Shown: positions 60,456 to 60,925 of the stretch, in pieces
Position numbering within the stretch: position 1 is the first letter of the stretch
Layout of the letters: every line of letters starts with the position of its first letter
The notes under the pieces: generated by a model
The model's input: the letters and a program-made list of their open reading frames with translations, nothing else
What the model was told of the DNA's origin: nothing
Databases searched by the model: none
DNA from: a virus
Lineage: Duplodnaviria; Caudoviricetes
Direction: 5' to 3' (one strand)
IMG/VR virus record: IMGVR_UViG_3300030419_007265
Location: 1 to 60,925 of that record
Length of the DNA: 60,925 nt
Program-made: the position numbers and the translations under genes

Positions 60456-60456
60456 T
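60428..60456 (+). promoter_or_regulatory. Early promoter P10
   Basis: TTTACT-17-AATAAT with TG extension, 10 nt to ATG. Confidence 0.65.
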
Positions 60457-60466
60457 CTTTTCTGTT

Positions 60467-60691
60467 ATGAGGACATATACATTGTATTGGAAGGACGAAG
60501 ACACCAACAGGGTGCGCAGCGAAGAATTCTCCAACAAGACCGGTTGGGATCACTCCGCGATGAACGCGGCACTGGAGATGGCCGAAGAGGCCAACGACAA
60601 TGGGTTTCCGTGGCTGCTGGAAGAGGACGGTTGCCAAGTCGCCCACGGCAACAACGGCGACCTGCTCGGAGTCTATCGCTACCAAGGATAA
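60467..60691 (+). CDS. 74-aa hypothetical protein (MRTY...)
   Basis: Own promoter; GTTATGAGGA start. Confidence 0.7.
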   Translation: MRTYTLYWKDEDTNRVRSEEFSNKTGWDHSAMNAALEMAEEANDNGFPWLLEEDGCQVAHGNNGDLLGVYRYQG

Positions 60692-60695
60692 AATT

Positions 60696-60925
60696 ATGAG
60701 TGGAATGGAAGCAACGTTAAAAATGATGGGCATCAACGAACGCGGCCACGAATGCTTACCCATCAAAGTGGAGTTTGGTCTTGAAAGAGCTGACAAGTCT
60801 GCAATCGATTGGCGGACGCTTGAAAAGATTGAATCGCCTTGGACGTTTAGCGCGTCCGGTGAAATCTCAAATTATTCATTCGGACAAAATCTCGATGAAA
60901 TTTACAAATTGAATAGTGGTAACCA
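60696..60925 (+). CDS. Hypothetical protein, truncated at window end
   Basis: MSGMEATLKMMGINERGHECLPIKV... open to the edge. Confidence 0.6.
   Translation, partial: MSGMEATLKMMGINERGHECLPIKVEFGLERADKSAIDWRTLEKIESPWTFSASGEISNYSFGQNLDEIYKLNSGN

Noticed and set aside
56645-60796. Minus-strand ORFs across the early array
   Set aside because: Antisense to promoter-supported plus-strand genes or the structured RNA, with no supporting signals.
1-60925. Stop-codon reassignment
   Set aside because: Long conserved genes are intact in the standard code, and TAA, TAG and TGA all end tightly coupled genes.

Overview
The window is part of a large tailed dsDNA phage genome (siphovirus-like lambda J/I/K/L/M tail tip, standard genetic code). 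The host is probably diderm and possibly Verrucomicrobia (inference). It has three zones. (1) 1-43 kb is a morphogenesis module, mostly on the minus strand: Gly-rich tail fibre, tail tip, 2342-aa tape measure, an inverted neck/tail-tube block, capsid, protease/scaffold, portal, terminase, ERCC4 nuclease, a phage sigma factor and PhoH. Many starts here have a GTGTA motif and no Shine-Dalgarno. (2) 43-56.6 kb is an accessory island of envelope and glycan genes: carbamoyltransferase, GT10, beta-barrel OMP, C-type lectin, MscS-like protein, lipoproteins and HIT. (3) After a G-quadruplex-like junction at ~56.8 kb comes a plus-strand array with GC-richer coding DNA. It holds tiny genes, most with their own sigma70 promoter 9-10 nt before the ATG, and most beginning M-R-D. 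The array also contains three fixed-spacing inverted repeats and a ~600-nt pseudoknot-rich putative ncRNA directly after a WYL-like gene. Zone 3 is the best candidate for an undescribed system. All calls come from reading motifs by eye; no searches were run.
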